Assembly: GCA_002011735.1 (NCBI GenBank) | Contig: MTOQ01000057.1 | Coordinates: 1,897-65,896 of the forward strand | Direction of reading: 5' to 3' | DNA: 64,000 nucleotides | DNA from: Nitrospirae bacterium JdFR-81 | GTDB lineage: Bacteria > Nitrospirota > Thermodesulfovibrionia > UBA6902 | In this document: positions 42,041 to 52,790 of the stretch, piece by piece | Layout: each line of letters opens with the position of its first letter | Numbering within the stretch: position 1 is the stretch's first letter | Made by a program: the position numbers and the translations under genes | The notes under the pieces: model-generated | The model's input: the letters and a program-made list of their open reading frames with translations, nothing else | Told to the model about the DNA's origin: nothing | Database searches by the model: none

Positions 42041-42292
42041 TGTTGATAATGTTGATTTTTATATCAAGGTATTGATTCATATATGGATTTTGTGTTGATC
42101 CATTTGTTGAAATTGTGATGATGTATCTTGACAAATATTTATCTAAATGATACCCTTCAAATTCGGTATTGTATCTTTTTTCAATAAATTTAGGTTTGTT
42201 ATATCCCCTATTTTTTAACTTTTTAAATTTAAAGGGAATTCAGTGGTGTATGGGTTGTTGATATAATCAGGCGTTATCAACATAAATCAACA
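42041..42292. repeat. Array of six exact TGTTGAT heptamers in a ~300-bp AT-rich spacer
   Basis: Four forward copies at 42041, 42050, 42093 and 42256. Two reverse copies at 42276-42282 and 42286-42292. Counted directly, with four further TTGAT/ATCAA cores nearby. Confidence 0.85.
42128..42156 (+). promoter_or_regulatory. Sigma-70-type promoter candidate upstream of serC
   Basis: TTGACA, then a 17-nt spacer ending in TGa, then TACCCT. Lies about 150 nt upstream of the serC start. Confidence 0.35.
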
Positions 42293-42305
42293 GATAATCA
42301 AGGGG

Positions 42306-43394
42306 TTGGTTATGTCTCGTGTTTATAACTTCAGTGCAGGTCCTGCCATGCTGCCAGAGGAGGTGCTTGAGCAGGCATCAGAGGAGATGAAGGACTACCA
42401 TGGCAGTGGTATGTCAGTGATGGAGATGAGCCACAGGGGCAGGGATTTTGTCTCTATTGCTGAAGAGGCAGAGGCTGATCTTAGAGAGCTCCTCTCAATA
42501 CCTGACAACTACAAGGTCCTCTTTCTTCAGGGTGGGGCATCAAGCCAGTTCTCTATGGTGCCCTTGAACCTTCTCAGGGGCAAAAAGACCGCTGATTATA
42601 TAAATACAGGTTACTGGTCAAAGAAGGCGATAGCAGAGGCAAAGAGATACTGTGATGTGAATATAGTGGCATCAGGTGAATCAACGAATTTTACATCCAT
42701 CCCACCACGGTCTGAATGGTCCCTCAATCCCGAGGCAGCATATGTGCATTACACACCCAATGAGACAATAGGCGGTGTTGAGTTTCATGATATACCCGAG
42801 GTAGGGGATGTCCCACTTGTGGCAGATATGTCATCGACCATACTTTCAAGGCCGATAGATGTGTCAAGGTTTGGGTTGATATATGCAGGTGCACAGAAGA
42901 ACATAGGGCCTGCAGGACTGACGATCGTCATCATAAGGGACGATCTCATAGGTAACGCCCTGGATTTTACGCCAACCATGTTCAATTATGAGACACATGT
43001 GAAGGCCAACTCCATGTATAACACTCCTCCAACATATGCATGGTACATAGCAGGTCTGGTCTTCAAATGGATAAAGAGGATGGGTGGCCTTGAAAGGATG
43101 GCAGAGATCAACAGGAGAAAGGCTGAGAAGCTATACCGCGTAATTGATGAATCTGATTTTTATAATAACCCTGTCTCAAAGGACTGTCGGTCATGGATGA
43201 ATGTGCCGTTCACCCTTGCTGATCCATCCCTTGACGAGGAGTTCCTCAAGGAGGCCAATGAGGCAGGTCTGGTCTCCCTTAAAGGCCACAGGTCTGTTGG
43301 TGGCATGAGGGCGAGTATATATAATGCCATGCCAGAGGAGGGTGTGGATGCCTTGATATCCTTTATGAAGGACTTTGAGAAGAGGAGGACATGA
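42306..43394 (+). CDS. serC: Phosphoserine aminotransferase
   Basis: The pattern [15 protein letters not shown]...[12 protein letters not shown]...[20 protein letters not shown] is typical SerC. Confidence 0.9.
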   Translation: MVMSRVYNFSAGPAMLPEEVLEQASEEMKDYHGSGMSVMEMSHRGRDFVSIAEEAEADLRELLSIPDNYKVLFLQGGASSQFSMVPLNLLRGKKTADYINTGYWSKKAIAEAKRYCDVNIVASGESTNFTSIPPRSEWSLNPEAAYVHYTPNETIGGVEFHDIPEVGDVPLVADMSSTILSRPIDVSRFGLIYAGAQKNIGPAGLTIVIIRDDLIGNALDFTPTMFNYETHVKANSMYNTPPTYAWYIAGLVFKWIKRMGGLERMAEINRRKAEKLYRVIDESDFYNNPVSKDCRSWMNVPFTLADPSLDEEFLKEANEAGLVSLKGHRSVGGMRASIYNAMPEEGVDALISFMKDFEKRRT

Positions 43395-43398
43395 GGAG

Positions 43399-44982
43399 AT
43401 GAGGGTTCTTGTCAGCGACAACATCTCACAGAAGGGGATAGAGATACTGAAGAGGTCGGGCCTTGATGTGGATGTGAAGACAGGTTTGAGCCCGGAGGAG
43501 CTCCGGGGGATAATCGGCTCATATGATGCCCTGATCGTAAGGAGTGCAACAAAGGTGACGGCTGATATCATAGAGGCAGCGGATAACCTCAAGGTGATCG
43601 GAAGGGCAGGCTCTGGCCTTGATAACGTGGATAAGCTTGCTGCAACGAAACGCGGTATAGTGGTCATGAACACCCCTGGTGGAAACACCATAACCACTGC
43701 AGAGCACACAATGGCCCTCCTGCTGTCCATGGCGAGGCAGATACCCCAGGCAACCGCATCAATGAAACAGGGCAAATGGGAGAAGAAGAGGTTCACAGGC
43801 GTAGAGCTATACAACAAGACGCTTGGTATCATAGGCATTGGTAATATAGGTTCCCATGTGGCAAGGATGGCGCAGGGCATGGGGATGAATGTGATAGCCT
43901 ATGACCCGTATATGAGTGAGGAGAGGGTGAGATCCCTGGGCGTGAAGATAGTCAGTCTTGATGAGCTGATAGAGACATCGGACTTTATAACCATTCACAC
44001 CCCTCTCACACATGAGACAAGGGGCCTCATCAACGCAGAGAGGATAGGCAGGATGAAGGATGGCGTGAGGATCGTGAATGCCGCAAGGGGTGGCATAGTT
44101 GACGAGAAGGCCCTCTATGACGCGCTTAAATCAGGCAAGGTCGCATCTGCTGCACTCGATGTGTTTGAGCATGAGCCACCAGAGGGAAGCCCCCTGCTTG
44201 AGCTTGACAACATCGTCCTCACACCACACCTTGGGGCAGCCACAGAGGAGGCACAGGACAATGTTGCTGTTGCCATAGCAGAGCAGATAGTGGATTACCT
44301 GACAAAGGGAACCATCAGGAATGCGGTGAACTTCCCGTCGGTGCCGTCAGATGTCCTTCCGAGGATACAGCCATATATAAACCTCGCAGAGAGGCTCGGC
44401 TCCTTTCTCTCACAGATATTCGAGGGAGGGATAGAGACGATAATCATAGAATACAAGGGTGGGGTCTGCAACCTGGTGCTTGAGCCTATCAAGATAGCGG
44501 TCCTGAAGGGCATACTCACACCCATACTCCAGGAGACCGTGAACTTTGTCAACGCCCCATTGATAGCAAAGGAGAGGGGCATAGAGGTGAAGGAGATCAC
44601 CACCCCTGACGCAGGAGACTATCACAGTATGCTCGTAATCACGGTGAAGGCAGGCAGGAAGAGCAGCACGGTCTCAGGCACACTCCATGGAAAGAAGGAC
44701 CCGCGCATCATCGCCATAGACAACTTTGCCGTAGAGGTGATACCCGAGGGTGATATGCTCTTCATCTCAAACAACGACAGGCCAGGTGTTATTGGAAACA
44801 TAGGCACCGTCCTTGGCAGAAACAACATAAACATCTCAAGGATGCAGTTTGGCAGGGAGAGGGCAGGAGGAAGGGCTATCTCTGTAGTCGGGACAGACAC
44901 CCCGGTCCCGAAGGAGATACTCTCAGAACTCAAGGGCCTTCCCAATATCCTTTCTATAAAACAGATCAGCCTACCTGTGTGA
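43399..44982 (+). CDS. serA: D-3-phosphoglycerate dehydrogenase (long form with ACT domain)
   Basis: The MRVLVSD start follows GAGGAG. GIIGIGNIGS NAD motif, ARGG...D, HLGA, and a C-terminal ACT domain. Confidence 0.9.
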   Translation: MRVLVSDNISQKGIEILKRSGLDVDVKTGLSPEELRGIIGSYDALIVRSATKVTADIIEAADNLKVIGRAGSGLDNVDKLAATKRGIVVMNTPGGNTITTAEHTMALLLSMARQIPQATASMKQGKWEKKRFTGVELYNKTLGIIGIGNIGSHVARMAQGMGMNVIAYDPYMSEERVRSLGVKIVSLDELIETSDFITIHTPLTHETRGLINAERIGRMKDGVRIVNAARGGIVDEKALYDALKSGKVASAALDVFEHEPPEGSPLLELDNIVLTPHLGAATEEAQDNVAVAIAEQIVDYLTKGTIRNAVNFPSVPSDVLPRIQPYINLAERLGSFLSQIFEGGIETIIIEYKGGVCNLVLEPIKIAVLKGILTPILQETVNFVNAPLIAKERGIEVKEITTPDAGDYHSMLVITVKAGRKSSTVSGTLHGKKDPRIIAIDNFAVEVIPEGDMLFISNNDRPGVIGNIGTVLGRNNINISRMQFGRERAGGRAISVVGTDTPVPKEILSELKGLPNILSIKQISLPV

Positions 44983-44994
44983 ATAAATGTTTAA

Positions 44995-46335
<1,341 letters not shown>

Positions 46336-46377
46336 CGCATATATGAATTTTTGTTTAACTAAAATGTTATTATATTA

Positions 46378-46450
<73 letters not shown>

Positions 46451-46451
46451 T

Positions 46452-46529
46452 GTCCCCATCGTCTAGCCAGGCCTAGGACATCGCCCTTTCAAGGCGGTAA
46501 CACGGGTTCAAATCCCGTTGGGGACGCCA
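46452..46529 (+). tRNA. tRNA-Glu (anticodon UUC), CCA encoded
   Basis: Acceptor GTCCCCA/TGGGGAC, anticodon loop CTTTCAA, T arm ACGGG-TTCAAAT-CCCGT, 3' GCCA. Confidence 0.9.
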
Positions 46530-46543
46530 GTTAAAAAACAGAG

Positions 46544-46564
46544 GGGCTGCGATGATCGCAGCCC
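46544..46564 (+). terminator. Perfect 9-bp hairpin GGGCTGCGA-TGA-TCGCAGCCC downstream of the tRNA pair
   Basis: Read directly. Followed by TT then an A-run. Confidence 0.5.
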
Positions 46565-46566
46565 TT

Positions 46567-46598
46567 AAAAACCTGCACTTCGTAAGTGCAGGTTTTTT
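46567..46598. terminator. Rho-independent (potentially bidirectional) terminator: A5-CCTGCAC-TTCGTAA-GTGCAGG-T6
   Basis: A 9-bp stem flanked by an A-run and a T-run. This is also copy 1 of the 25-nt direct repeat. Confidence 0.65.
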
Positions 46599-46607
46599 AA
46601 CAGGCCA

Positions 46608-47870
46608 TTGAAAGGACAGACCGCATTAGTATTCCCCTGCCCAAAGCCCAACAGATACAGCATTAATGCCCTCCTGGGTGCCATTGAGGCCGATCCTGCA
46701 TTGCGCGATATAGAGGTCTTCCTTGTAGAGGAGGTGGAGGCCCTCCATAGCTGCATAGGGGAGATAGTGGGGCGTTACAGAAAGGCCATAGTGGGCATCT
46801 CCTTCTTTAGCACCCAGGTAAGGGATGTAGGAGGGCTTATAAGTGAACTAAGGACGTCCTATCCAGGTGTACTCTATATTGCAGGGGGACCACATCCATC
46901 GGCTGACCCTGCAGACACCCTTGGTCTGGGCTTTGATATCGTGGTAAAGGGAGAAGGAGAGGAGACCCTTCCTGCACTCCTCAGGGCAATAGAGAGGGGA
47001 GGAGATCTGGCCAGGATTAAAGGTATTGTATACAGCGATCCTGAACCGGTATTTACAGGCCCACGGCCACCTGTAGACCTGAACAGGTATCCTCCCTTCT
47101 CCTTCAGGCACAGGAGGGTAGGCCCCATTGAGATCACCAGGGGATGTCCGAATCACTGCCTCTTCTGTCAGACCCCCAGGTTGTTCGGGCATCGTCCCAG
47201 GCACAGGGGCATTCATCAGATAGTAGAGTATGTGAGGCTCATGAGGGAGAGGAACCTCAGGGACATACGGTTCATCACCCCTGATGCATTCTCCTATGGG
47301 TCTCCTGATGGAAGGACATTAACCCTCTCTGCCATAGAAGCCCTCCTGGGCTCAGTGAGAGAGGTTATCGGAAGGGAAGGCAGGATATTCTTTGGTTCCT
47401 TCCCATCCGAGGTAAGGCCAGAACATGTAAACAGTGAGACAGTGGCCCTGGTGGTCAGGTATGCGGATAACGATAATCTCGTGATAGGCGCCCAGTCAGG
47501 GAGTCAGAGGATACTCGAGAGGTGCAGGAGGGGGCATGGGGTTGAGGATATCTATCAGGCGGTGGAACACACACTCAGTGCAGGACTCAAGCCCTATGTG
47601 GACTTCATCTTTGGCCTTCCAGGAGAGGAAGAGGAGGATATCAGGGAGACCATCAGGGTGATGGAGGACCTTGTAGAGATGGGCGCAAGGATCCACACCC
47701 ACACATTTATGCCCCTGCCAGGCACCCCCTTTGCGCATGAGTCTCCAGGCAGGATAAGTCAGGCCTTAGAGGATGTGATCAACAGGCTTACCGCCTCAGG
47801 GAAGGCCTTTGGTAGCTGGAGACACCAGTACGAGATCGCCTCCAGGATCCCAAAAACCTGCACTTCGTAA
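46608..47870 (+). CDS. B12-binding-domain/radical SAM protein (MJ_1487/TIGR04013-like), TTG start
   Basis: N-terminal B12-like domain (IAGGPHPS), radical SAM core ITRGCPNHCLFC. The last five codons (TCTS*) lie inside copy 2 of the repeat. Confidence 0.7.
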   Translation: MKGQTALVFPCPKPNRYSINALLGAIEADPALRDIEVFLVEEVEALHSCIGEIVGRYRKAIVGISFFSTQVRDVGGLISELRTSYPGVLYIAGGPHPSADPADTLGLGFDIVVKGEGEETLPALLRAIERGGDLARIKGIVYSDPEPVFTGPRPPVDLNRYPPFSFRHRRVGPIEITRGCPNHCLFCQTPRLFGHRPRHRGIHQIVEYVRLMRERNLRDIRFITPDAFSYGSPDGRTLTLSAIEALLGSVREVIGREGRIFFGSFPSEVRPEHVNSETVALVVRYADNDNLVIGAQSGSQRILERCRRGHGVEDIYQAVEHTLSAGLKPYVDFIFGLPGEEEEDIRETIRVMEDLVEMGARIHTHTFMPLPGTPFAHESPGRISQALEDVINRLTASGKAFGSWRHQYEIASRIPKTCTS

Positions 47871-47876
47871 GTGCAG
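47852..47876. repeat. Copy 2 of the exact 25-nt direct repeat AAAAACCTGCACTTCGTAAGTGCAG (copy 1 at 46567-46591)
   Basis: Base-by-base identity over 25 nt, with mismatches on both flanks. Confidence 0.95.
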
Positions 47877-47966
47877 TGGTGCAGGATGCAATAAGGATTA
47901 GCAAGTAAGGTCTGGTTTCAGGAGGGGGGTCAGGACTTACACATCATAACCGTGAAGTTTGGAAGA

Positions 47967-48042
47967 TGGTGGGCCCACCAGGGCTCGAACCTGGGACCAA
48001 CCGGTTATGAGCCGGTAGCTCTTCCAGCTGAGCTATGGGCCC
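47967..48042 (-). tRNA. tRNA with CAU anticodon (elongator Met, or Ile2 if lysidinylated), CCA encoded
   Basis: Reverse complement is GGGCCCA-TA-GCTC-AGCTGGAA-GAGC-T-ACCGG-CTCATAA-CCGGT-TGGTC-CCAGG-TTCGAGC-CCTGG-TGGGCCC-A-CCA. The G1-C72 pair and the absence of a 3xGC anticodon stem argue against an initiator tRNA. Confidence 0.85.
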
Positions 48043-48069
48043 TCATGGAAAACTCTCTGACAACAATAT

Positions 48070-48098
48070 ATAATAATACACAACGCAAAGTAAGGCAA
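48070..48098 (-). promoter_or_regulatory. Sigma-70-type promoter candidate for the CAU tRNA
   Basis: On the minus strand: TTGCCT, 17 nt, TATTAT. Lies about 28 nt upstream of the tRNA 5' end. Confidence 0.3.
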
Positions 48099-48221
48099 GC
48101 ATTATAATAAGATTTGATCGAATTGATAGACTGTTAGGTTTTATGTTCTGAAATGAAAGAGACAGGACCCCTTTTCTGCTAAATTAATAGAGTAAAGATT
48201 GACCTGTCAGGGGAGGCAATA

Positions 48222-48794
48222 ATGATCAGGTACAAGGGGATACATCATGTTGCCGTGGCTACCAATGATATGGATAAGACGATCCGTTTCTGGAGGGACC
48301 TTCTGGGCATGAGACTGGTCGGAGGGCATGGGAAGCCTGGCAACAGACAGTATTTCTTTGAGGTCTCAGAGAACGCCCTTATATCATTCTTTGAGTGGCC
48401 AGAGGTCGAGCCCATGCCTGATAAAGACCCGAGCAGTCCTGTTAAAGGCCCTTTCAGTCTTGATCATATATCCATTGAGGTGAAGGATGAGGATGAGTTA
48501 TGGAGGCTTAAGGACAGGCTTGAGGCAGCAGGTGTGTGGGTTACAGAGGTGATTGACCACGGCTTTATACACTCTATATTCTCCACAGACCCGAATAATA
48601 TACAGATTGAGTTCTGTGCCAGCGTGGGTGGCCTCAGTCTATCTACCCGCCCGAGGATGCTGGACTCCTCCCCTTCTGATGTCGCAAAGGAGGGACCCGA
48701 GCCCCAGCCTGATAAATGGCCCTCTGTAGAGAGGGTAACCCCTCCTGAGGAGAGAAGGGTGTACCCAGGCGATTTGAAGAGGCTGATTGAGTAG
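48222..48794 (+). CDS. VOC (glyoxalase/dioxygenase) family protein
   Basis: IHHVAVATNDMDKTIRFWRDLLGMRLV and a second half containing LDHISIEV. Confidence 0.7.
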   Translation: MIRYKGIHHVAVATNDMDKTIRFWRDLLGMRLVGGHGKPGNRQYFFEVSENALISFFEWPEVEPMPDKDPSSPVKGPFSLDHISIEVKDEDELWRLKDRLEAAGVWVTEVIDHGFIHSIFSTDPNNIQIEFCASVGGLSLSTRPRMLDSSPSDVAKEGPEPQPDKWPSVERVTPPEERRVYPGDLKRLIE

Positions 48795-48799
48795 AGTCC

Positions 48800-49981
48800 T
48801 CAGTGCTCTGCCTCGAGGTTTCCGATACTCTCCCTGACGGATATGACGACCTTATACAGGATGGTGAGTATCAGGAACCCTATTGCCCATACCCCTATGG
48901 TGATGAATGTCTCAGGAAGGGTTGGCCAGTACTCTGTAACGGTCTCGAAGGGGTTCGGTATGAATCCACCTATGACAAGGCCAAAGCCCTTGTCGATCCA
49001 CAGGGAGAAGAATACAGCCAGCGCCGCGATGACGAGCGTCTTTTCGTTCTTCCTTGTGCCAGGGTTGATCAGGAGTATGAGCGAGATTATCGCCAGGATG
49101 ATGGACAGCCACATCAACGGCACCAGTTTTCCATAGCCCTCATACCCTGCAAAGAGGTACTCGAAGGAGTGTTTGTGGCCTGGTATGTTGCTGTAGAAGG
49201 CTGTGAATATCTCAAGCAGGAAGAAGAAGACATTCGTTATCATTGCGTATGTGACGATCTTTCCAACCGCCTGGATCGGCTCTCGGCCTGGATCGAATTT
49301 GGTGTATTTCCTGACGAGCAGTGCAACGATCAACAGCAGGGCAGGGCCTGATGCAAAGGCAGAGGCGAGGAAGCGTGCAGCCATGATGGCGGTCAGCCAG
49401 AAGTGTCTGCCTGGCAGGCCTGCGTACAGGAACGCCGTGACGGTATGGATGCTGATGGCCCATGGTATGGATATGTATATCAATGGCTTGACCCATGGTG
49501 CAGGGGGAATGCCCTTCTTCTCCGCATGGAGGGTTGCCCAGCCGATCACTATATTGAGGAAGAGGTAACCATTCAGGACGAGTGCGTCCCAGAAGAGGAT
49601 AGAGTTAGGGGTTGGATGGAGTATGACATTCAGTATCCTCATGGGCTGTCCCATGTCGACGAAGATGAAGAGCAGGCACATGGTCACAGAGGCAACCGCA
49701 AGGAACTCGCCAAGGATGACTATCTTGCTGAATTTTTTATAGTTATGTAGATAATACGGTATCACAAGCATGACTGCCGAGGCAGCAACCCCGACGAGGA
49801 AGGTGAACTGTGAGATATAAAACCCCCATGAGACATCCCTGCTCATGCCTGTTATACCGAGTCCTAATTTAAACTGCCTCAGATAATTGATGAAGCCGAT
49901 ACCTATCAGGATGAGGAGGATGATTATCCACGTCCAGTATCTCCTGCTTCCACTCAGGGCCTTCTCAAGCATTTTCCTCAC
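48800..49981 (-). CDS. dsrP: DsrP, NrfD/PsrC-type integral membrane quinone-interacting subunit
   Basis: About 10-TM NrfD-like protein. It is the last gene of a dsrMKJOP-ordered operon. Confidence 0.8.
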   Translation of the reverse strand: MRKMLEKALSGSRRYWTWIIILLILIGIGFINYLRQFKLGLGITGMSRDVSWGFYISQFTFLVGVAASAVMLVIPYYLHNYKKFSKIVILGEFLAVASVTMCLLFIFVDMGQPMRILNVILHPTPNSILFWDALVLNGYLFLNIVIGWATLHAEKKGIPPAPWVKPLIYISIPWAISIHTVTAFLYAGLPGRHFWLTAIMAARFLASAFASGPALLLIVALLVRKYTKFDPGREPIQAVGKIVTYAMITNVFFFLLEIFTAFYSNIPGHKHSFEYLFAGYEGYGKLVPLMWLSIILAIISLILLINPGTRKNEKTLVIAALAVFFSLWIDKGFGLVIGGFIPNPFETVTEYWPTLPETFITIGVWAIGFLILTILYKVVISVRESIGNLEAEH

Positions 49982-50756
49982 CTCCTATTATGTAGAACAC
50001 ACTGGGCTGTGTGCCTAATTCGGGTTTGCGCCTGATGGTGTAGTGGTTGCTCAATACCCTCCTGACCTCTGAGTTGGGGTCTGCCAGGTCGCCGAATATA
50101 ATGGCGCCATTTGACTTCTCCACACATGCGGGCTCAAGTCCCTGGGCAAGCCTCTCGGCACAGAATGTACACTTCTCAACCACTCCGATCTGCCTTGTCG
50201 GATATTCAGGATTCCTCTTCTTTATGAATGGGCGTGGATCACGCCAGTTGAAGCTCCTTGAGCCATACGGACAGGCGGCCATGCAGAACCTGCAACCAAT
50301 GCAACGGTGTGGATCCTGCATAACTATCCCGTCCTTCCTCTTGAAGGTGGCCTTTGTCGGACAGACCCTCACACATGGAGGATGGTCGCAGTGATTACAG
50401 AGCAACAGGAAGGGCTTCTCAATAACCCACTCAGGCAGATATCTGTTCTGCTGCCCTGGAAAGGCATGCTCAAACTCCTCGGTCCATATCCATTTTACCT
50501 CGTCCTTCTTGTTTCCAAAATCAGGGACATTATGGATGCTGTGGCATGCATCTATCACCCTCTTGTAGTCCTCGGCTGTCCTGAATTTTCTTATATCCAC
50601 AACCATAGCCCATCTCTTTGCGATCAGTGATCCAGAAGGGGTTACAAACTCTCTGGCATCAACCCTGCTTCGTAGAAGGAGGTTAACCCCTGAAACACCT
50701 ATACCAAGGCCAAAAAGGCCTGTCAGCTTTAAGAATTCCCTCCTGTCAAGGCTCAT
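49965..50756 (-). CDS. dsrO: DsrO, periplasmic 4Fe-4S ferredoxin-like subunit with Tat signal
   Basis: RREFLKLTG twin-arginine signal and several CxxCxxCxxxCP motifs. Confidence 0.8.
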   Translation of the reverse strand: MSLDRREFLKLTGLFGLGIGVSGVNLLLRSRVDAREFVTPSGSLIAKRWAMVVDIRKFRTAEDYKRVIDACHSIHNVPDFGNKKDEVKWIWTEEFEHAFPGQQNRYLPEWVIEKPFLLLCNHCDHPPCVRVCPTKATFKRKDGIVMQDPHRCIGCRFCMAACPYGSRSFNWRDPRPFIKKRNPEYPTRQIGVVEKCTFCAERLAQGLEPACVEKSNGAIIFGDLADPNSEVRRVLSNHYTIRRKPELGTQPSVFYIIGGEENA

Positions 50757-51151
50757 CCTTTACCCTCCTGTTTGGCAAAATGGCAATTCCAGCAGTATGG
50801 TTTAACCCCTGCATATGTATGGCATACCTTACAGAATTTATCCCTGTTTGAGTGACACCTCAGGCATGTCTTCTGGAGGCTTATCTGATAGTTCTTGCCC
50901 TTTGAGTTGATATATACACGGTTGCCATCACGGACGGCCGAGTCCCTCCACTCGTTCAGGAGCTTCATGTGTTCTGCCCTCATGAAGGCCTTTGGCTCCA
51001 CACACTCCTTTACCTCGAGCCTCTCAATCTCGGGTGTCTTGAGGTCAGGCTTTATCTCGGCAACCGGCTTCCCGATGTTTGTGTAGAAAGGGTAGGTTAT
51101 GATCAAGAGAAATATTATAAGCCCTGGTATTATCTTTCCACCATCATACAT
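50753..51151 (-). CDS. dsrJ: DsrJ, membrane-anchored triheme cytochrome c
   Basis: N-terminal anchor helix and three CXXCH motifs (CLRCH, CKVCH, CWNCH). 132 aa. Confidence 0.8.
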   Translation of the reverse strand: MYDGGKIIPGLIIFLLIITYPFYTNIGKPVAEIKPDLKTPEIERLEVKECVEPKAFMRAEHMKLLNEWRDSAVRDGNRVYINSKGKNYQISLQKTCLRCHSNRDKFCKVCHTYAGVKPYCWNCHFAKQEGKG

Positions 51152-52786
51152 TTATTCTCCCTCCTCCTCGGTTTCTTCTTCCACACCGGGAAGGTCTTCG
51201 AGTCTAAGGTCCTGTGTCCTCTTCTTCTCACCCTTCATAACGAGCGCATTTCCCACAAGCTCGTGCACACCACAGACATCAACCTGAGGCACCCAGTACT
51301 GCATGAGGGTCGTCAGGGCAGCCCTGTCTATGGCGCATATGTTTGCAAGCATGTTGACCCCGTGTTTTTCATGCACATACTTGACCGCATTTGCCCTCGG
51401 GAATCCACCCCTCATCCTCAGCTCCATATTCTCTCCTGCGTTGAGTCCTGAACCACTCCCGCAGCAGAAGGTCTTCTCCCTTATGGTATCCTCGGGCATC
51501 TCGTAGAAGTGGTTGCAGACATGCTTTATGATGTACCTTGGCTCCTCAAAGATGCCCATACCCCTTGAGGTGTTACATGAGTCGTGGAATGTGACCCTGA
51601 GGTGGTCGTTCCTGCTTGGGTCAAGGTTCAACTTCCCGTGCCTTATGAGGTCTGCGGTGAATTCCACGACATGGACCATCTTCGTGGATTTTGCATGCTC
51701 AAAGACCGTTCCGGTAATTGGTGACTTCGGAACCTCAAGGAAGTCTGCAGGGCCATGCCACGTATCAAGATACTGGTGCACCAGCCTCCACATATGACCG
51801 CACTCGCCTCCCAGTATCCACTTCACACCCAGCCTCTTTGCCTCTGCATAGATCTTGTAGTAGAGCCTCTTTGCCATCTCGTTTGATGTGAAGAAGCCGA
51901 AGTTACCACCCTCGGAGGCATAGGTACTCCATGTATAATCAAGGCCAAGCTCATGGAATAGCATGAGGTAACCCATACATGTGTAGATGCCTGGCATGCC
52001 GAAGAGGTCGCCAGAGGGGGTTACGAAGAGGATCTCTGCACCCTTTCTGTTGAAGGTGGGCTCAATCCTTATGCCAGTGATCTCCTCTATGTCATCACAC
52101 ATCATCTCTATGTTCATCTTTATGGTATGGGGCTCAAGACCGAGGTGGTTGCCCTTTTTATAACAGTTGGCAACAGGCCCCATTATCCAGTCTGTGTTAC
52201 AGCCCAGGAGGTTGATAAGCTCCCTCCCCATCATGGTGATCTCTGCTGTGTCTATACCATAGGGACAGAAGACCGAACACCGTCTGCACTCTGTGCACTG
52301 GAAGAAGTAGTACCACCATTCCTTGAATACATCGTATGTGAGCTCCCTCGCCCCTGCCCGTTTCCCGAAGAGCTTGCCACCAAGGGTGAAGTATTTCCTG
52401 TATACAGACCTTATGAGCTCTGCCCTGAGCACGGGCATGTTCTTTGGGTCGCCTGATCCCAGGAAGAAGTGGCATTTGTCGGCACACGCACCACATCTCA
52501 CGCATATGTCCATAAAGAGCTGGAACGAACGATACTTCTTGAGCCTGTCCTTGATCCCCTCAAGGAGTATCTCCTTCCAGTTGTCCGGTAGCTTCCAGTC
52601 CTCATCAGCGGATGACCATTCCCTTGCATTGGGGAAATCGACCTCTTCAAGATACTTCGGCCTTGAGGCGTAGCAGAATGTCCCCTCCTTGAACTGGACA
52701 GGGGTATCCATCCAGTGGGTCCTGGGAGGCCTGTAGTCTATCTTTGAAAGCTCTTCTGGTTTTGGTGGTTTTGCTGTCTTTGCCAT
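51152..52786 (-). CDS. dsrK: DsrK, HdrD-like Fe-S/CCG-domain subunit
   Basis: CVRCGACADKC and CTECRRCSVFCP ferredoxin motifs. CCG domains (CCGSGSG). Confidence 0.85.
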   Translation of the reverse strand: MAKTAKPPKPEELSKIDYRPPRTHWMDTPVQFKEGTFCYASRPKYLEEVDFPNAREWSSADEDWKLPDNWKEILLEGIKDRLKKYRSFQLFMDICVRCGACADKCHFFLGSGDPKNMPVLRAELIRSVYRKYFTLGGKLFGKRAGARELTYDVFKEWWYYFFQCTECRRCSVFCPYGIDTAEITMMGRELINLLGCNTDWIMGPVANCYKKGNHLGLEPHTIKMNIEMMCDDIEEITGIRIEPTFNRKGAEILFVTPSGDLFGMPGIYTCMGYLMLFHELGLDYTWSTYASEGGNFGFFTSNEMAKRLYYKIYAEAKRLGVKWILGGECGHMWRLVHQYLDTWHGPADFLEVPKSPITGTVFEHAKSTKMVHVVEFTADLIRHGKLNLDPSRNDHLRVTFHDSCNTSRGMGIFEEPRYIIKHVCNHFYEMPEDTIREKTFCCGSGSGLNAGENMELRMRGGFPRANAVKYVHEKHGVNMLANICAIDRAALTTLMQYWVPQVDVCGVHELVGNALVMKGEKKRTQDLRLEDLPGVEEETEEEGE

Positions 52787-52790
52787 ATTC

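Noticed and set aside
43191-43880. 229-aa minus-strand ORF spanning the serC/serA junction
   Set aside because: It is antisense to two clearly conserved genes, has a low-complexity translation and lacks an RBS.
47967-48042. CAU tRNA as initiator tRNA-fMet
   Set aside because: It has a Watson-Crick G1-C72 pair. The anticodon stem ACCGG/CCGGT lacks the three consecutive G-C pairs typical of bacterial initiators. It is more likely an elongator Met or tRNA-Ile2.
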